A stretch of DNA of 64,000 bases from positions 491 through 64,490 of the forward strand of contig DATNEU010000066.1 in assembly GCA_035552895.1 (NCBI GenBank), in the 5' to 3' direction. Below the pieces are notes generated by a model that did not search any database, was not told where the DNA came from, and was given only the letters and a program-made list of their open reading frames with translations. The stretch is from Steroidobacteraceae bacterium. GTDB lineage: Bacteria; Pseudomonadota; Gammaproteobacteria; Steroidobacterales; Steroidobacteraceae. This document shows, in pieces, positions 53,119 through 62,561 of the stretch (the first letter of the stretch is position 1; the number at the start of each line of letters is the position of its first letter). Both the position numbers and the translations under genes were made by a program.

Positions 53119-53152
53119 AAACTGGAGCTTTGAGGGCGCGGCATTGTAGGCC

Positions 53153-54925
53153 ATGCGCGCCGGACGGGGAGGCTCTATAGTGATCGGTGTGCGTCCCCGG
53201 AATCGTCCCATTCGCCCTCTACTTCCTATCCTTTGCGCCATGCTCGCGGCAGGCTGCGCCACCGTCCCCGAAAGACAGGCGCCGCCTCCTGCGCCCGACG
53301 CCGCCGCCCTGACGATAGTCGCGGAGATTGCGCTGCAGCGCGGGGAGTGCAGGGCCGCCTCGGAGACTTACGCCAGGGCGGCGCAACTCGCTTCCGCGCC
53401 GGTGGCCAAGCGGGCGAGCGAGGTCGCGCTGGCCTGCGAGGACCTGCCCGCGGCGTGGAGCTCGGCGCAACGCTGGCGCGCGCTCGCGCCGCGCAGCCGG
53501 GAAGCCCAAGCCATGTACGCGACCGTTGCGCTGAAGCTCTATCGCATCGCCGATGCCCGTGCGGCAGTGAAGGACTTCCTGAGCGTGCCGCCGGCGCGGC
53601 CGCCCGCGATCGTGCAGCGTGCCGGCCATCGTCCGGCAGTGAAACCGGCCGCGACCGCGGACAGCGGCCTCGCCGATCTGACGACTCTCTTGCTCGAGGA
53701 GTGCGATCCGCCGGAAGTGTTTGCCGCGCTCAACGGTGTGATCGATACCGCAGGCGCCTCGCCGGCGCGGCTGACGCTGCTCGGGGAGCTGGCGCTCGAG
53801 GCCTATGACGCGCGCGCGGCGCAAAGCTATGCGCAGCAGGCGGTGCGGGAGAGCCCGGGCGATCCGCGGGCGAGCCACCTCCTCGCGCGGACCTACGTGG
53901 TGCTGGGCCAGCCCGCGAAGGCCATCGCCGCGGCTCAGGGTCTCATGCGCAAGCAGCCTCGCAGCGGCATGTTCGAGCTGGCGGACATCTACCAGGAGCT
54001 CGGTCGGGTGGAGGAGGCTCACCAGGAGCTCGAGCGGCTGCGGGCGACCGACGCTTCGCGCGCCGAGGTCGACCGGCGCCTCGCGGTGCTGGCGTACGAT
54101 TCCGGCGACCTGCGCGAGGCGCAGCAGCGGTTCGCCGATCTGGCCGAGAGCGGCGAGGCGGACGAGACCACGCTCATGTATCTCTCGGACATCGCGGCGC
54201 GGCAGGGTGACGTCGATGCCGCGCTCTCCGGCTATGGCAAGCTCGCCGACTCCCCGCTCGGGCTGCAGGCGCGGGAGAAGGCGGCGGCCCTCCTGTTGGC
54301 CTCCCATCGCACCGCCGCGGCGCTCGCCCTCCTCAAGCAGTACGCCCGGCAACACCCGGAGGACCGGGTCGACATGACCGTCGCGGAAGCGCAGCTTCTG
54401 GGGAATCACGGCGACACGGATGCGGCGATGAAGCTGCTGGATGGCGCGCTGCGATCCCACCCTCAGCATCCGGCGCTCGAATACGAGCGCGCCATCGTCC
54501 TCGAGGAGGCCGGTCGGGTGAGCGACTCCGTGCGGGCACTGCAGGGTTTGCTCGCGCAGCGCCCGGACGATCCCACGGTGTTGAATGCGCTCGGCTACAC
54601 CCTGGCCGATCACGACCTCGAGCTGCCGCGCGCCGAGTCGCTGATCCGCCGCGCGCTCGGGGAGATGCCGGACAATCCCGCGGTACTCGACAGCCTGGGT
54701 TGGGTGCGCTTGCGCCGCGGCGATGCCGCCGGCGCGCTGCCCTCGCTCGAGCGCGCGTACGGCATCAGCCACGATGCGCAGATCGCGGCCCACTGGGGCC
54801 AGGCGCTGTGGGCGGCTGGACGACGGCAGGCCGCGCGCAAGGTGTGGGCGGAGGCGCTGGCGCGCAATCCCGATTCCAAGTCGCTGCAGGCGGTGGTCGC
54901 CCGCTTCATTCCGAATGCGAAATAA
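53153..54925 (+). CDS. tetratricopeptide-repeat (lipo)protein upstream of lolB
   Basis: 590 aa, Ala/Leu-rich with repeated TPR-like units and a lipobox-like MLAAGC. Same position as the TPR gene upstream of lolB in Pseudomonas. Start uncertain. Confidence 0.7.
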   Translation: MRAGRGGSIVIGVRPRNRPIRPLLPILCAMLAAGCATVPERQAPPPAPDAAALTIVAEIALQRGECRAASETYARAAQLASAPVAKRASEVALACEDLPAAWSSAQRWRALAPRSREAQAMYATVALKLYRIADARAAVKDFLSVPPARPPAIVQRAGHRPAVKPAATADSGLADLTTLLLEECDPPEVFAALNGVIDTAGASPARLTLLGELALEAYDARAAQSYAQQAVRESPGDPRASHLLARTYVVLGQPAKAIAAAQGLMRKQPRSGMFELADIYQELGRVEEAHQELERLRATDASRAEVDRRLAVLAYDSGDLREAQQRFADLAESGEADETTLMYLSDIAARQGDVDAALSGYGKLADSPLGLQAREKAAALLLASHRTAAALALLKQYARQHPEDRVDMTVAEAQLLGNHGDTDAAMKLLDGALRSHPQHPALEYERAIVLEEAGRVSDSVRALQGLLAQRPDDPTVLNALGYTLADHDLELPRAESLIRRALGEMPDNPAVLDSLGWVRLRRGDAAGALPSLERAYGISHDAQIAAHWGQALWAAGRRQAARKVWAEALARNPDSKSLQAVVARFIPNAK

Positions 54926-55526
54926 CATCGGATTCCTGCGCGCGGGCATCGCCCTCATCGGCGTGGCGCTCGCATTGGCGCTCGCCGGCTGTCAGACTGC
55001 ACCGGTGGCTCCCGCTCCCACTACGGCCTGGAGCGTGCGGCGGCCGACACTGCAGAATCTCGACAAGTTCGATCTGCACGGGCGCGTCGCGGTCGCCGTC
55101 GCCAACCAGGGTTTCAATGCGGCAATCCGCTGGGCGCAAAGCGGCGCGGTGACGCGCCTCGCGCTCAGCGGTCCGCTCGGCGCCGGCGGCGTGGAGGTGA
55201 CCGCGAACGGCGCGGACCTGAGCGTCGTCACCTCGAGCGGCAAGCAGTTGGGCAACGCCGCGGCGCGCTCGGAGCTGCAGAGCAAGCTCGGGTTCGAGCC
55301 GCCGCTCGCCAGCATCCGGTACTGGGTGCTCGGCGTGCCGGATCCGGGCGCACCCGCCTCCGTGCAGCTCGATTCCCAACAGCGCCTCACCGAGCTGACG
55401 CAGGACGGATGGCGGATCGATTACGCCTCCTACATGCCGGTCGGAGCGGCATGGCTGCCGCGGCTGCTCACGCTGCGGCGGCAGGGGGTGCGGGTGAGGA
55501 TGGTCGTCGACGGATGGCAGCTGTGA
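54915..55526 (+). CDS. lolB: outer-membrane lipoprotein receptor LolB
   Basis: Lipobox LALAGC, 203 aa. Position between the TPR gene and ispE. The ATG at 54915 overlaps the end of the TPR gene. Confidence 0.8.
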   Translation: MRNNIGFLRAGIALIGVALALALAGCQTAPVAPAPTTAWSVRRPTLQNLDKFDLHGRVAVAVANQGFNAAIRWAQSGAVTRLALSGPLGAGGVEVTANGADLSVVTSSGKQLGNAAARSELQSKLGFEPPLASIRYWVLGVPDPGAPASVQLDSQQRLTELTQDGWRIDYASYMPVGAAWLPRLLTLRRQGVRVRMVVDGWQL

Positions 55527-56362
55527 CCGGCGGCGAGACATTCTGGCCGGCCCCGGCGAAGCTCAATCTCTTCCTCCACGTCACCGGCAGGCGGCCGGAT
55601 GGCTATCACGAGCTGCAGACCGTGTTTCAGCTCATCGACCTGTGTGACACCGTGGGCATCGTGGTCCGCGAGGACGGCGCGATCGAGCGCCCCGAGGGCC
55701 CCGACGTACCGCCGGAAGCGGATCTGGTGGTGCGGGCGGCCCGCGCCCTGCAGGCTGCCTCCAGCACGCGGCTCGGCGCGACCCTGCGGGTGCGCAAGCG
55801 CATCCCGATGGGCGGGGGCTTGGGCGGCGGCAGCTCCGACGCGGCGACCACGCTGCTGGCCCTCGATGCGCTCTGGGGCTGCCGGGCCGGCGTCGAGGCC
55901 TTGGCGCGGCTGGGGCTGCCTCTCGGCGCGGATGTGCCTGTATTCGTTAGAGGTTTCTCCGCTTGGGCGGAGGGGGTGGGCGAGCGGCTGACGCCGATCG
56001 AGCTCCCGGAGCGCTGGTACGTGATCGTCCACCCGGGGGTCGGTGTGAGCACCCGGGACGTGTTCCAGAGCCCTGAATTGACACGAAATTCCCCCCTCAT
56101 CACAATACGCGCCTTTTTCGAGACCGGCGGTCGCAATGACTGCGAGCCGGTGGTGCGGGCGCGCTGCCCCGAAGTGGCGGCGGCGCTCGATTGGCTGTCG
56201 CGATACGCGCCGGCACGGCTTACGGGAACCGGCTCCTGTATCTTCGCATCCTGCGCGACCGCGGCCGAGGCGGAGCGCATCGCGGGGCGCGTACCGGACG
56301 AGTGGACGAGCTTCGTGGCGCGGGGATTGGATATTTCACCGGCGCATCGTTCCCTGACGTGA
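55514..56362 (+). CDS. ispE: 4-diphosphocytidyl-2-C-methyl-D-erythritol kinase
   Basis: APAKLNLFLHVTGRRPDGYH and the GHMP motif PMGGGLGGGSSDAA. The start is ATG 55514 or GTG 55523 (GTGA overlap with the lolB stop). Confidence 0.9.
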   Translation: MAAVTGGETFWPAPAKLNLFLHVTGRRPDGYHELQTVFQLIDLCDTVGIVVREDGAIERPEGPDVPPEADLVVRAARALQAASSTRLGATLRVRKRIPMGGGLGGGSSDAATTLLALDALWGCRAGVEALARLGLPLGADVPVFVRGFSAWAEGVGERLTPIELPERWYVIVHPGVGVSTRDVFQSPELTRNSPLITIRAFFETGGRNDCEPVVRARCPEVAAALDWLSRYAPARLTGTGSCIFASCATAAEAERIAGRVPDEWTSFVARGLDISPAHRSLT

Positions 56363-56367
56363 GTTGA

Positions 56368-56442
56368 TGGGGTGTCGCCAAGTGGTAAGGCAGCGGGTTT
56401 TGATCCCGCCATTCGGAGGTTCGAATCCTTCCACCCCAGCCA
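56368..56442 (+). tRNA. tRNA-Gln (anticodon UUG), CCA encoded
   Basis: Acceptor TGGGGTG/CACCCCA, D-arm GCCAAGTGGTAAGGC, anticodon stem GCGGG/CCCGC with loop TTTTGAT (TTG at positions 34-36) and T-arm GGAGGTTCGAATCCTTC. A T-run follows. Confidence 0.93.
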
Positions 56443-56474
56443 TCTTTTTTTGAGGCGATTGGCCTGACGATCCT

Positions 56475-57431
56475 ATGACCACGAGCGACACGCTGGCACT
56501 TTTCGCTGGCAACGCCAACCCAGCGCTGGCGACAGACATTGCGCGGCATCTGCAGACGCCTCTTGGGCGTGCATATGTTGGACGCTTCAGCGACGGTGAG
56601 GTGAACGTCGAGCTGATGGAGAACGTACGCGGCCGCGATGTCTTCATCCTGCAGCCGACCTGTCCGCCGGCCAACGACACGCTGATGGAGCTGCTCGTGA
56701 TGATCGATGCGTGCCGCCGCGCCTCCGCGGCGCGCATCACCGCGGTGATGCCGTACTTTGGCTACTCGCGCCAGGATCGCCGGCCCCGGGCCACCCGCTC
56801 GGCAATCACGGCGAAGCTGGTCGCCAACATGCTCTCGAGCGCCGGAGTGACCCGGCTGCTCACCATCGACCTGCATGCGGATCAGGTCCAGGGTTTCTTC
56901 GACATTCCGGTGGACAATGTCTACGCGTCGCCGGTCCTGCTGGGTGATGCGTGGAAGCAGGCGTATCGTAACGTGGTGATCGTCTCTCCTGACGTCGGCG
57001 GTGTCGTGCGTGCACGGGCCTTCGCCAAGCGCCTGGACGACGCGGACCTCGCCATCATCGATAAGCGGCGGCCGCGGCCGAACGAGTCGAAGGTGATGAA
57101 CATCATCGGCGACATCAAGGGCAAGACCTGCATGCTGGTCGATGACATGATCGACACGGCGGGCACGCTTTGCCATGCCGCGCAGGCGCTCAAGGATGAC
57201 GGCGCGGCGAAGGTGGTTGCCTACATCACGCACCCCGTGCTTTCGGGCGAGGCGGTGGACCGGATCTCGCGCTCGGCGCTCGATGAGCTGGTCGTCACCG
57301 ACACCATTCCGCTGTCGGCCGCCGCGCGCGGCTGCAGCCGCATCCGCCAGCTTTCGGTGGCGGCGCTGCTGGCGGAGACCATCCGCCGCATCCGCGACGA
57401 AGAATCCGTCAGCTCGTTATATGTGGATTGA
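56475..57431 (+). CDS. prs: ribose-phosphate pyrophosphokinase
   Basis: [19 protein letters not shown] and [12 protein letters not shown]. Confidence 0.95.
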   Translation: MTTSDTLALFAGNANPALATDIARHLQTPLGRAYVGRFSDGEVNVELMENVRGRDVFILQPTCPPANDTLMELLVMIDACRRASAARITAVMPYFGYSRQDRRPRATRSAITAKLVANMLSSAGVTRLLTIDLHADQVQGFFDIPVDNVYASPVLLGDAWKQAYRNVVIVSPDVGGVVRARAFAKRLDDADLAIIDKRRPRPNESKVMNIIGDIKGKTCMLVDDMIDTAGTLCHAAQALKDDGAAKVVAYITHPVLSGEAVDRISRSALDELVVTDTIPLSAAARGCSRIRQLSVAALLAETIRRIRDEESVSSLYVD

Positions 57432-57515
57432 CTTTCAAAGAATCCACCGTGCGAAAGCAAGCAATCGAGCGGGCGCGGGCCGTCCTGCGCCCGTGGGACC
57501 GAAGTAGTAAGTGGG

Positions 57516-57552
57516 TTGGCCGCTGAAAGCGCCGCAGGCGACTTTCAGCCAA
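57516..57552 (+). promoter_or_regulatory. interrupted 11-bp hairpin in the 188-nt prs-rplY spacer (possible rplY leader structure)
   Basis: TTGG(CCG)CTGAAAG - 12-nt loop - CTTTCAGCCAA, about 70 nt upstream of the rplY ATG. Confidence 0.2.
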
Positions 57553-57619
57553 TCAACCAACAGGTGCGCCGGGCTTGGTCGCGAGCGCCGGCGCGTGTTC
57601 GTCAACATTGGAGAAAATC

Positions 57620-58372
57620 ATGCGTATCTCATTCAGCTTCGGCGCGGACTCGCGCGGAGCGCAAGGCAAAGGTGCGAGCCGCCGCCTGCGTCGCTCCGGC
57701 AAGGTGCCGGCCATTCTCTACGGCGGCCACAAGGAGGCGCAGGCCCTGGTGTTGGATCAGCAGAACCTGCTCACCATGATCGGTGACGAGCGGTTCTACT
57801 CCTCGATCGTGCAGGTCAAGGTCGACGGCGCAGCGCAGGAGGCGATCATCAAGGACGTGCAGATGCACCCGGCGAAGAACGTGGTGGTGCACGTCGACCT
57901 GCAGCGCGTCATCGAGAACGAGGTGATTCGGCTGCGCCTGCCGATCCACTTCAAGGGCGAGAGTGTCAGCCCGGGCGTGAAGACCGAAGGCGGCATCGTG
58001 TCGCACATGCGCGCCGACGTCGAGGTGAGCTGCCTGCCGAAAGACCTGCCGGAGTTCCTCGAGCTCGATCTGTCGCAGATGAGTCTCAACGACACCAAGT
58101 TCCTGGCCGACATTCCGCTGCCGCCCGGGGTCACCATCCCGGAGCTCGCCCACCGCAATGCGCCGGTCGTCTCCATCCATTCCCCGCGGGCGGCCGAGCC
58201 GGAGCCGGTGGCTGCCGAGGCTGTTGCCGCGGCGGTCCCCGCCGAAGGCGCAGCGGTTGCCGGTGCGCCCGGCGCGGCGCCTGCCGCGGCGGCCCCTGCC
58301 GGAACCGAGGCCAAGAAGGGCGAGGAGAAGAAGGAGGCCGCTCCCGCCAAGAAGGAGGGCGGCAAGAAATAG
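57620..58372 (+). CDS. rplY: 50S ribosomal protein L25/general stress protein Ctc, with Ala/Pro/Lys-rich tail
   Basis: GKGASRRLRRSGKVPAILYG. ATG 57620 is preceded by GGAGAAAATC. 250 aa, of which the last ~60 are low complexity. Confidence 0.9.
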   Translation: MRISFSFGADSRGAQGKGASRRLRRSGKVPAILYGGHKEAQALVLDQQNLLTMIGDERFYSSIVQVKVDGAAQEAIIKDVQMHPAKNVVVHVDLQRVIENEVIRLRLPIHFKGESVSPGVKTEGGIVSHMRADVEVSCLPKDLPEFLELDLSQMSLNDTKFLADIPLPPGVTIPELAHRNAPVVSIHSPRAAEPEPVAAEAVAAAVPAEGAAVAGAPGAAPAAAAPAGTEAKKGEEKKEAAPAKKEGGKK

Positions 58373-58381
58373 CGGCGGCGC

Positions 58382-58969
58382 ATGGCGGGTCTGCCGCTCA
58401 CGCTCATCGTGGGGCTCGGGAATCCGGGCCCCACGTATGCGCGAACCCGGCACAACGCCGGCTTCGACTTCCTCGACGAGCTCGCCCGCCGCACCGGCGC
58501 GAGCCTGCGCCGCGAGGCGCGCCACCATGGCGAGCTGGCGCGCGCCAGCATCGGCGGCACGGACGTATGGCTGCTGAAGCCCATGACCTACATGAACCTG
58601 AGCGGCCAGGCGGTCGGCAGCGTCGCCGGCTTCTATCGCATTCCGCCGGAATCGATTTTGGTGGCGCACGATGAGCTCGACTTCCCGCCCGGGACGGTAC
58701 GGCTGAAGGAGGGCGGCGGCGCGGGGGGGCACAACGGCCTGCGCGATCTGATTGCGCGCATGGGCGCCGATTTCTGGCGGCTGCGGATCGGCATCGGGCA
58801 TCCGGGCGATCGCGACGCCGTGTTGGATTATGTATTGGGGCGACCGCCGGCGGCGGAGGCCGGCCTCATCCACGAGGCGGTGCTCGCGGCCGCCGATGCC
58901 GTCCCGGTGATGTTGGCCGACGGCGCGCAGAAGGCGATGAGCCATCTGCACGTCCGCGGCGCGAGCTAG
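58382..58969 (+). CDS. pth: peptidyl-tRNA hydrolase
   Basis: LIVGLGNPGPTYARTRHNAGF, TYMNLSG and GGHNGLRD. Confidence 0.93.
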   Translation: MAGLPLTLIVGLGNPGPTYARTRHNAGFDFLDELARRTGASLRREARHHGELARASIGGTDVWLLKPMTYMNLSGQAVGSVAGFYRIPPESILVAHDELDFPPGTVRLKEGGGAGGHNGLRDLIARMGADFWRLRIGIGHPGDRDAVLDYVLGRPPAAEAGLIHEAVLAAADAVPVMLADGAQKAMSHLHVRGAS

Positions 58970-59046
58970 TTTGAAGCGCTGGATCCGGCCTCCTGCCGCC
59001 CCAGCGCTCCGCCACCTGCGGCGGCGGGGCACAGTCCCTGTGCCTG
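58970..59046 (+). repeat. structured intergenic repeat, copy B
   Basis: AGCGCTGGATCCGGCCTCCTGCCGCCCCAGCGCTCCGCCACCTGCGGCGGCGGGGCACAGTCCCTGTGCCTG. About 63 of ~75 hand-aligned positions are identical to copy A. It also starts after TAG-TT. Confidence 0.8.
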
Positions 59047-59078
59047 CCACGGGTAGTTAACTCAGCAGGAGTTGTTGT

Positions 59079-60170
59079 ATGTCCATCCGCTGCGGCATCG
59101 TCGGATTGCCGAATGTCGGCAAGTCGACGCTGTTCAATGCCCTCACGAGGGCGCAGATCGCCGCCGAGAACTATCCTTTCTGCACGATCGACCCCAACGT
59201 CGGCGTGGTACCGGTGCCGGACCCGCGCCTGCAGCAGCTGGCCGACATCGTGCAGCCGGAGAAGGTCATTCCGGCCGCCGTGGAGCTAGTCGACATCGCC
59301 GGGCTGGTCGCCGGCGCTTCCGAGGGTGCCGGTCTCGGCAATCAGTTCCTGTCGCACATCCGGGAAGTTGACGCCATCGCGCACGTGGTCCGCGCCTTCG
59401 AGAGCTCGGACGTCATCCACGTGGCGGGAAAGGTCGATCCGCTCGCCGACATCGAGACGATAGACACGGAGCTCGCACTGGCGGACCTCGCGAGTGTGGA
59501 GAAGGCGCTCGACCGCGCCGCCAAGGCCTCCAAGGCCGGCGACAAGGACGCGCTGCGCCGGCGCGGCCTGCTGGAGCGGGTGAAGGCGCAGCTCGATCAG
59601 GTGCGGCCGGTGCGCGCGCTCGGACTGACGGAGGAGGAGCAGCGGGACCTCAGGGACCTGCATCTGCTCACCGCCAAGCCCGTCATGTACGTGGCCAACG
59701 TGGCGGAGAACGGCTTCGAGAACAACCCTCTGCTCACCGCCATCGAGGCGCGCGCCGCCCGGGAGGGTGCGGCGGTGGTGCCGGTCTGCGCCGCCATCGA
59801 GGCGGAGATCGCGCAGCTCGAGGAGGCCGACCGCGCGCAGTTTCTGGCCGAGCTCAAGCTCAGCGAGCCGGGCCTCGATCGCCTGATCCGGGCCGCCTAT
59901 CGTCTGTTGGGACTGCAGACCTTCTTCACCGCGGGCCCGAAGGAAGTGCGCGCGTGGACGGTGCGCGCAGGAGCCACCGCGCCCCAGGCCGCGGGTGTGA
60001 TCCACACCGACTTCGAGCGCGGCTTCATCCGAGCCGAGGTGATTGCCTTCGAGGATTATGTCGAGTTGCGCGGCGAAACCGGGGCGCGCGAGGCCGGGAA
60101 GCTGCGTTTGGAAGGCAAGGAGTACGTCATGCGCGAAGGGGATGTCGTGCACTTCCGCTTCAACGTTTGA
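59079..60170 (+). CDS. ychF: ribosome-binding ATPase YchF
   Basis: [29 protein letters not shown] and a TGS-like C-terminus. Confidence 0.95.
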   Translation: MSIRCGIVGLPNVGKSTLFNALTRAQIAAENYPFCTIDPNVGVVPVPDPRLQQLADIVQPEKVIPAAVELVDIAGLVAGASEGAGLGNQFLSHIREVDAIAHVVRAFESSDVIHVAGKVDPLADIETIDTELALADLASVEKALDRAAKASKAGDKDALRRRGLLERVKAQLDQVRPVRALGLTEEEQRDLRDLHLLTAKPVMYVANVAENGFENNPLLTAIEARAAREGAAVVPVCAAIEAEIAQLEEADRAQFLAELKLSEPGLDRLIRAAYRLLGLQTFFTAGPKEVRAWTVRAGATAPQAAGVIHTDFERGFIRAEVIAFEDYVELRGETGAREAGKLRLEGKEYVMREGDVVHFRFNV

Positions 60171-60272
60171 GAAACAGATCACGACACGGAGGTCGTATTC
60201 TGTCGCGTTGATGCGTGACAGCGACGTCCCCCCTACGTATCTTGCACGGACGTCCGGCGAAGGTAAGAGGAA

Positions 60273-62522
60273 ATGGAGCAGGAACTGCGCCTGCTGATCC
60301 TGGAAGACGTTGCCGCGGAAGCCGAGCTCGCCGTCAAAGCGCTCGAGGCGGCGGGTCTCACCTGCGATTGGCGGCGGGTCGAGAATGAGACGGGGTTCCG
60401 CGTGGAGCTGCGGATGCTGCGGCCGGACATCGTTTTGTCCGATTTCACCCTGCCGCGGTTCGACGGCATGTCCGCCCTGGCCATCGTCGCCGCGGAGGCG
60501 CCCGATATTCCGTTCATCTTCGTCTCCGGCACGATCGGCGAGGAGCGCGCCATCGAGGCCCTGAAGCAGGGGGCCATCGATTATGTCCTGAAGACCAACC
60601 TGGCGCGGCTCGCTCCGGCGGTGAAGCGTGCGCTGGCGGAGGCCGCCTCGCGGCGCGCGCGACGTGGGGCGGAGGAGCGGGTCGCACGCCTCACCCGCGT
60701 CCTGCAGATGCTCTCCGGAATCAATGCCGCGGTAGTTCGCGTCCGCGACCGCACGAAGCTGCTCGAGGAAGCCTGCCGGATCGCGCACGCGGTGGGCAAT
60801 TACATCTGCGCGCTCGTCGTGTTGATCGATCCGCGTACCAGAGCCGCCGGCGTCGCCGCGTGGGCGGGCGCCGGCCGGGAGTTTGAAGGCGAGCTGAGCT
60901 TCAGGGTGGACGACAGCGACCAAAGCGAGCAGGGAGCAAGCATCACCGACCGGGCGCTGCGCACGGGGGAGGTCGCTGTCTGTGATGATGTCGAGGCGCA
61001 GGCCGGCCGCTGGCGTTTCGGCACCACGCTCGAGGCCCTTGGCATCCGCTCCATGGCCTCGATTCCGCTCCTCATCGACGAGACGCCGGTAGGCACGTTC
61101 AACGTCGGGGGCGGCGAGCCCGGCATGTTCGGTGAGGAGGAGGTCCGGATGCTGCAGGAGGTCGCCGCCAACCTGTCCTTCGCCTTGCAGTACCTGCACA
61201 AGGAGGATGCGGTCCGATTCCTCTCCTATTTCGATCCGCTGACCGGACTCGCCAAGCGCGGGCTCTTCTGCGAGCGATTGGCGCGCTCGCTCGGCCGCCG
61301 TGCGGGGGAAAGCCAGGAGGTGGTCGTGGTCGCCTTCGATGTCGAGCGCCTCGGTGCGATCAACGACTCGCTCGGCCGGCACGTCGGCGACCGGGTCGTG
61401 CAGTTCGTGGCCGATGCCTTGCGCAGCCACTTCGGCGGCAGCGAGTGGCTGGCGCACCTCGAGGGCGGCAACTTCGCCGCCGTGGTGTTGGACTGCGCCT
61501 CCTACGAGGAGGCCGTGCGGCTCATCCACGACCGCATCACGGCGGCCTTCAGCAAGCCGCTCGCGCTCGCCGGACACGAGATCCAGGTGACCGTCCGGGC
61601 GGGACTGGCGCGCTATCCGGAAAACGGCGCCGACGCCGAAGCTCTGCTGCAGAATGCCGAGGCGGCGCTGCACAAGGCGCGCAATACCGGCGAGCGCTTC
61701 CTGCGCTACCGTCGGGAGTTGAGCGCCGAGGTGGCCGATCGCCTCGCACTCGAGCGGCGGCTGCGCACGGCGCTCGATGACGATCAGTTCCGGCTGCACT
61801 ATCAGCCGAAGGTCAGCATCGCGACCGGGGAGTTGGTCGGGGCGGAGGGGCTGTTGCGCTGGAACGATCCGCAGCGCGGCATCGTCGGTCCGGCGGTGTT
61901 CCTGCCGGTGCTCGAGTCGACCGGTCTCATCGTGGATGTCGGCGAGTGGGTGGTGCGGCAGGCCGCGCGCGACCTCGCGCGCTGGGGCGCGCTGGGATTG
62001 AAGCCCATCCGGGTGGCGGTCAACGTGTCGCCGCTGCAGCTGCGGGATCCTGAATTCTGCGCGCGGTTCCTCGCGACCGTGGGACGGGAGCTCGGCGGCG
62101 CGGGCGGCATCGATGTCGAGATCACCGAGGGTGCGCTCCTCGATGACGCCGTGTTCCTCGGCCGCACGCTCCAGGTCATGCGCGACGAGGGCGTCCGGGT
62201 GGCGATCGATGATTTCGGGACCGGCTACTCCTCGCTGAGTCGTCTCGCGGACCTCCCGGTCGACACGCTGAAGATCGATCGCTCCTTCATCTGTCGCCTG
62301 GCGGGTGACAGGACGGTGCAGGCCGTAGTCGGCACCATCGTCTCACTGGCGCGGGCGTTCGAGCTCAGCACCGTCGCGGAGGGTGTCGAGCGGGAGGAGG
62401 AATTGGCGCTGCTCAAAGCACTGCAGTGCGAGCAGTCGCAGGGCTACCTGCACAGCCCGCCCCTGGCGGCGGCGGATTTCGAGGCGCTTCTCGCGCGGGT
62501 TCCCGAGGCGGGCGTTCGCTAG
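60273..62522 (+). CDS. response-regulator receiver, GAF, degenerate GGDEF and EAL protein (probable phosphorylation-controlled c-di-GMP phosphodiesterase)
   Basis: REC (LILEDV...VLSDFTLPRFDG...YVLK). GGDEF-like domain with EGGNF in place of GGDEF (nt 61461-61475). EAL domain with EGLLRW, EITE, DDFGTGYSSL, KIDRSF, EGVE and QGY. Confidence 0.85.
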   Translation: MEQELRLLILEDVAAEAELAVKALEAAGLTCDWRRVENETGFRVELRMLRPDIVLSDFTLPRFDGMSALAIVAAEAPDIPFIFVSGTIGEERAIEALKQGAIDYVLKTNLARLAPAVKRALAEAASRRARRGAEERVARLTRVLQMLSGINAAVVRVRDRTKLLEEACRIAHAVGNYICALVVLIDPRTRAAGVAAWAGAGREFEGELSFRVDDSDQSEQGASITDRALRTGEVAVCDDVEAQAGRWRFGTTLEALGIRSMASIPLLIDETPVGTFNVGGGEPGMFGEEEVRMLQEVAANLSFALQYLHKEDAVRFLSYFDPLTGLAKRGLFCERLARSLGRRAGESQEVVVVAFDVERLGAINDSLGRHVGDRVVQFVADALRSHFGGSEWLAHLEGGNFAAVVLDCASYEEAVRLIHDRITAAFSKPLALAGHEIQVTVRAGLARYPENGADAEALLQNAEAALHKARNTGERFLRYRRELSAEVADRLALERRLRTALDDDQFRLHYQPKVSIATGELVGAEGLLRWNDPQRGIVGPAVFLPVLESTGLIVDVGEWVVRQAARDLARWGALGLKPIRVAVNVSPLQLRDPEFCARFLATVGRELGGAGGIDVEITEGALLDDAVFLGRTLQVMRDEGVRVAIDDFGTGYSSLSRLADLPVDTLKIDRSFICRLAGDRTVQAVVGTIVSLARAFELSTVAEGVEREEELALLKALQCEQSQGYLHSPPLAAADFEALLARVPEAGVR

Positions 62523-62529
62523 CACTGCG

Positions 62530-62550
62530 GCCCCTTCGGGGCATGGCCCC
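62530..62550. terminator. overlapping short GC hairpins between convergent genes
   Basis: GCCCC-TTC-GGGGC-ATG-GCCCC. Either adjacent pair of arms can form a 5-bp stem. No U-tract. Confidence 0.3.
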
Positions 62551-62561
62551 TCGCCAGTGGA

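Noticed and set aside
56368-56442. tRNA-Gln as a possible genomic-island integration site.
   Set aside because: It is flanked directly by ispE and prs in the conserved order. There is no integrase, direct repeat of the tRNA 3' end, or compositional shift.
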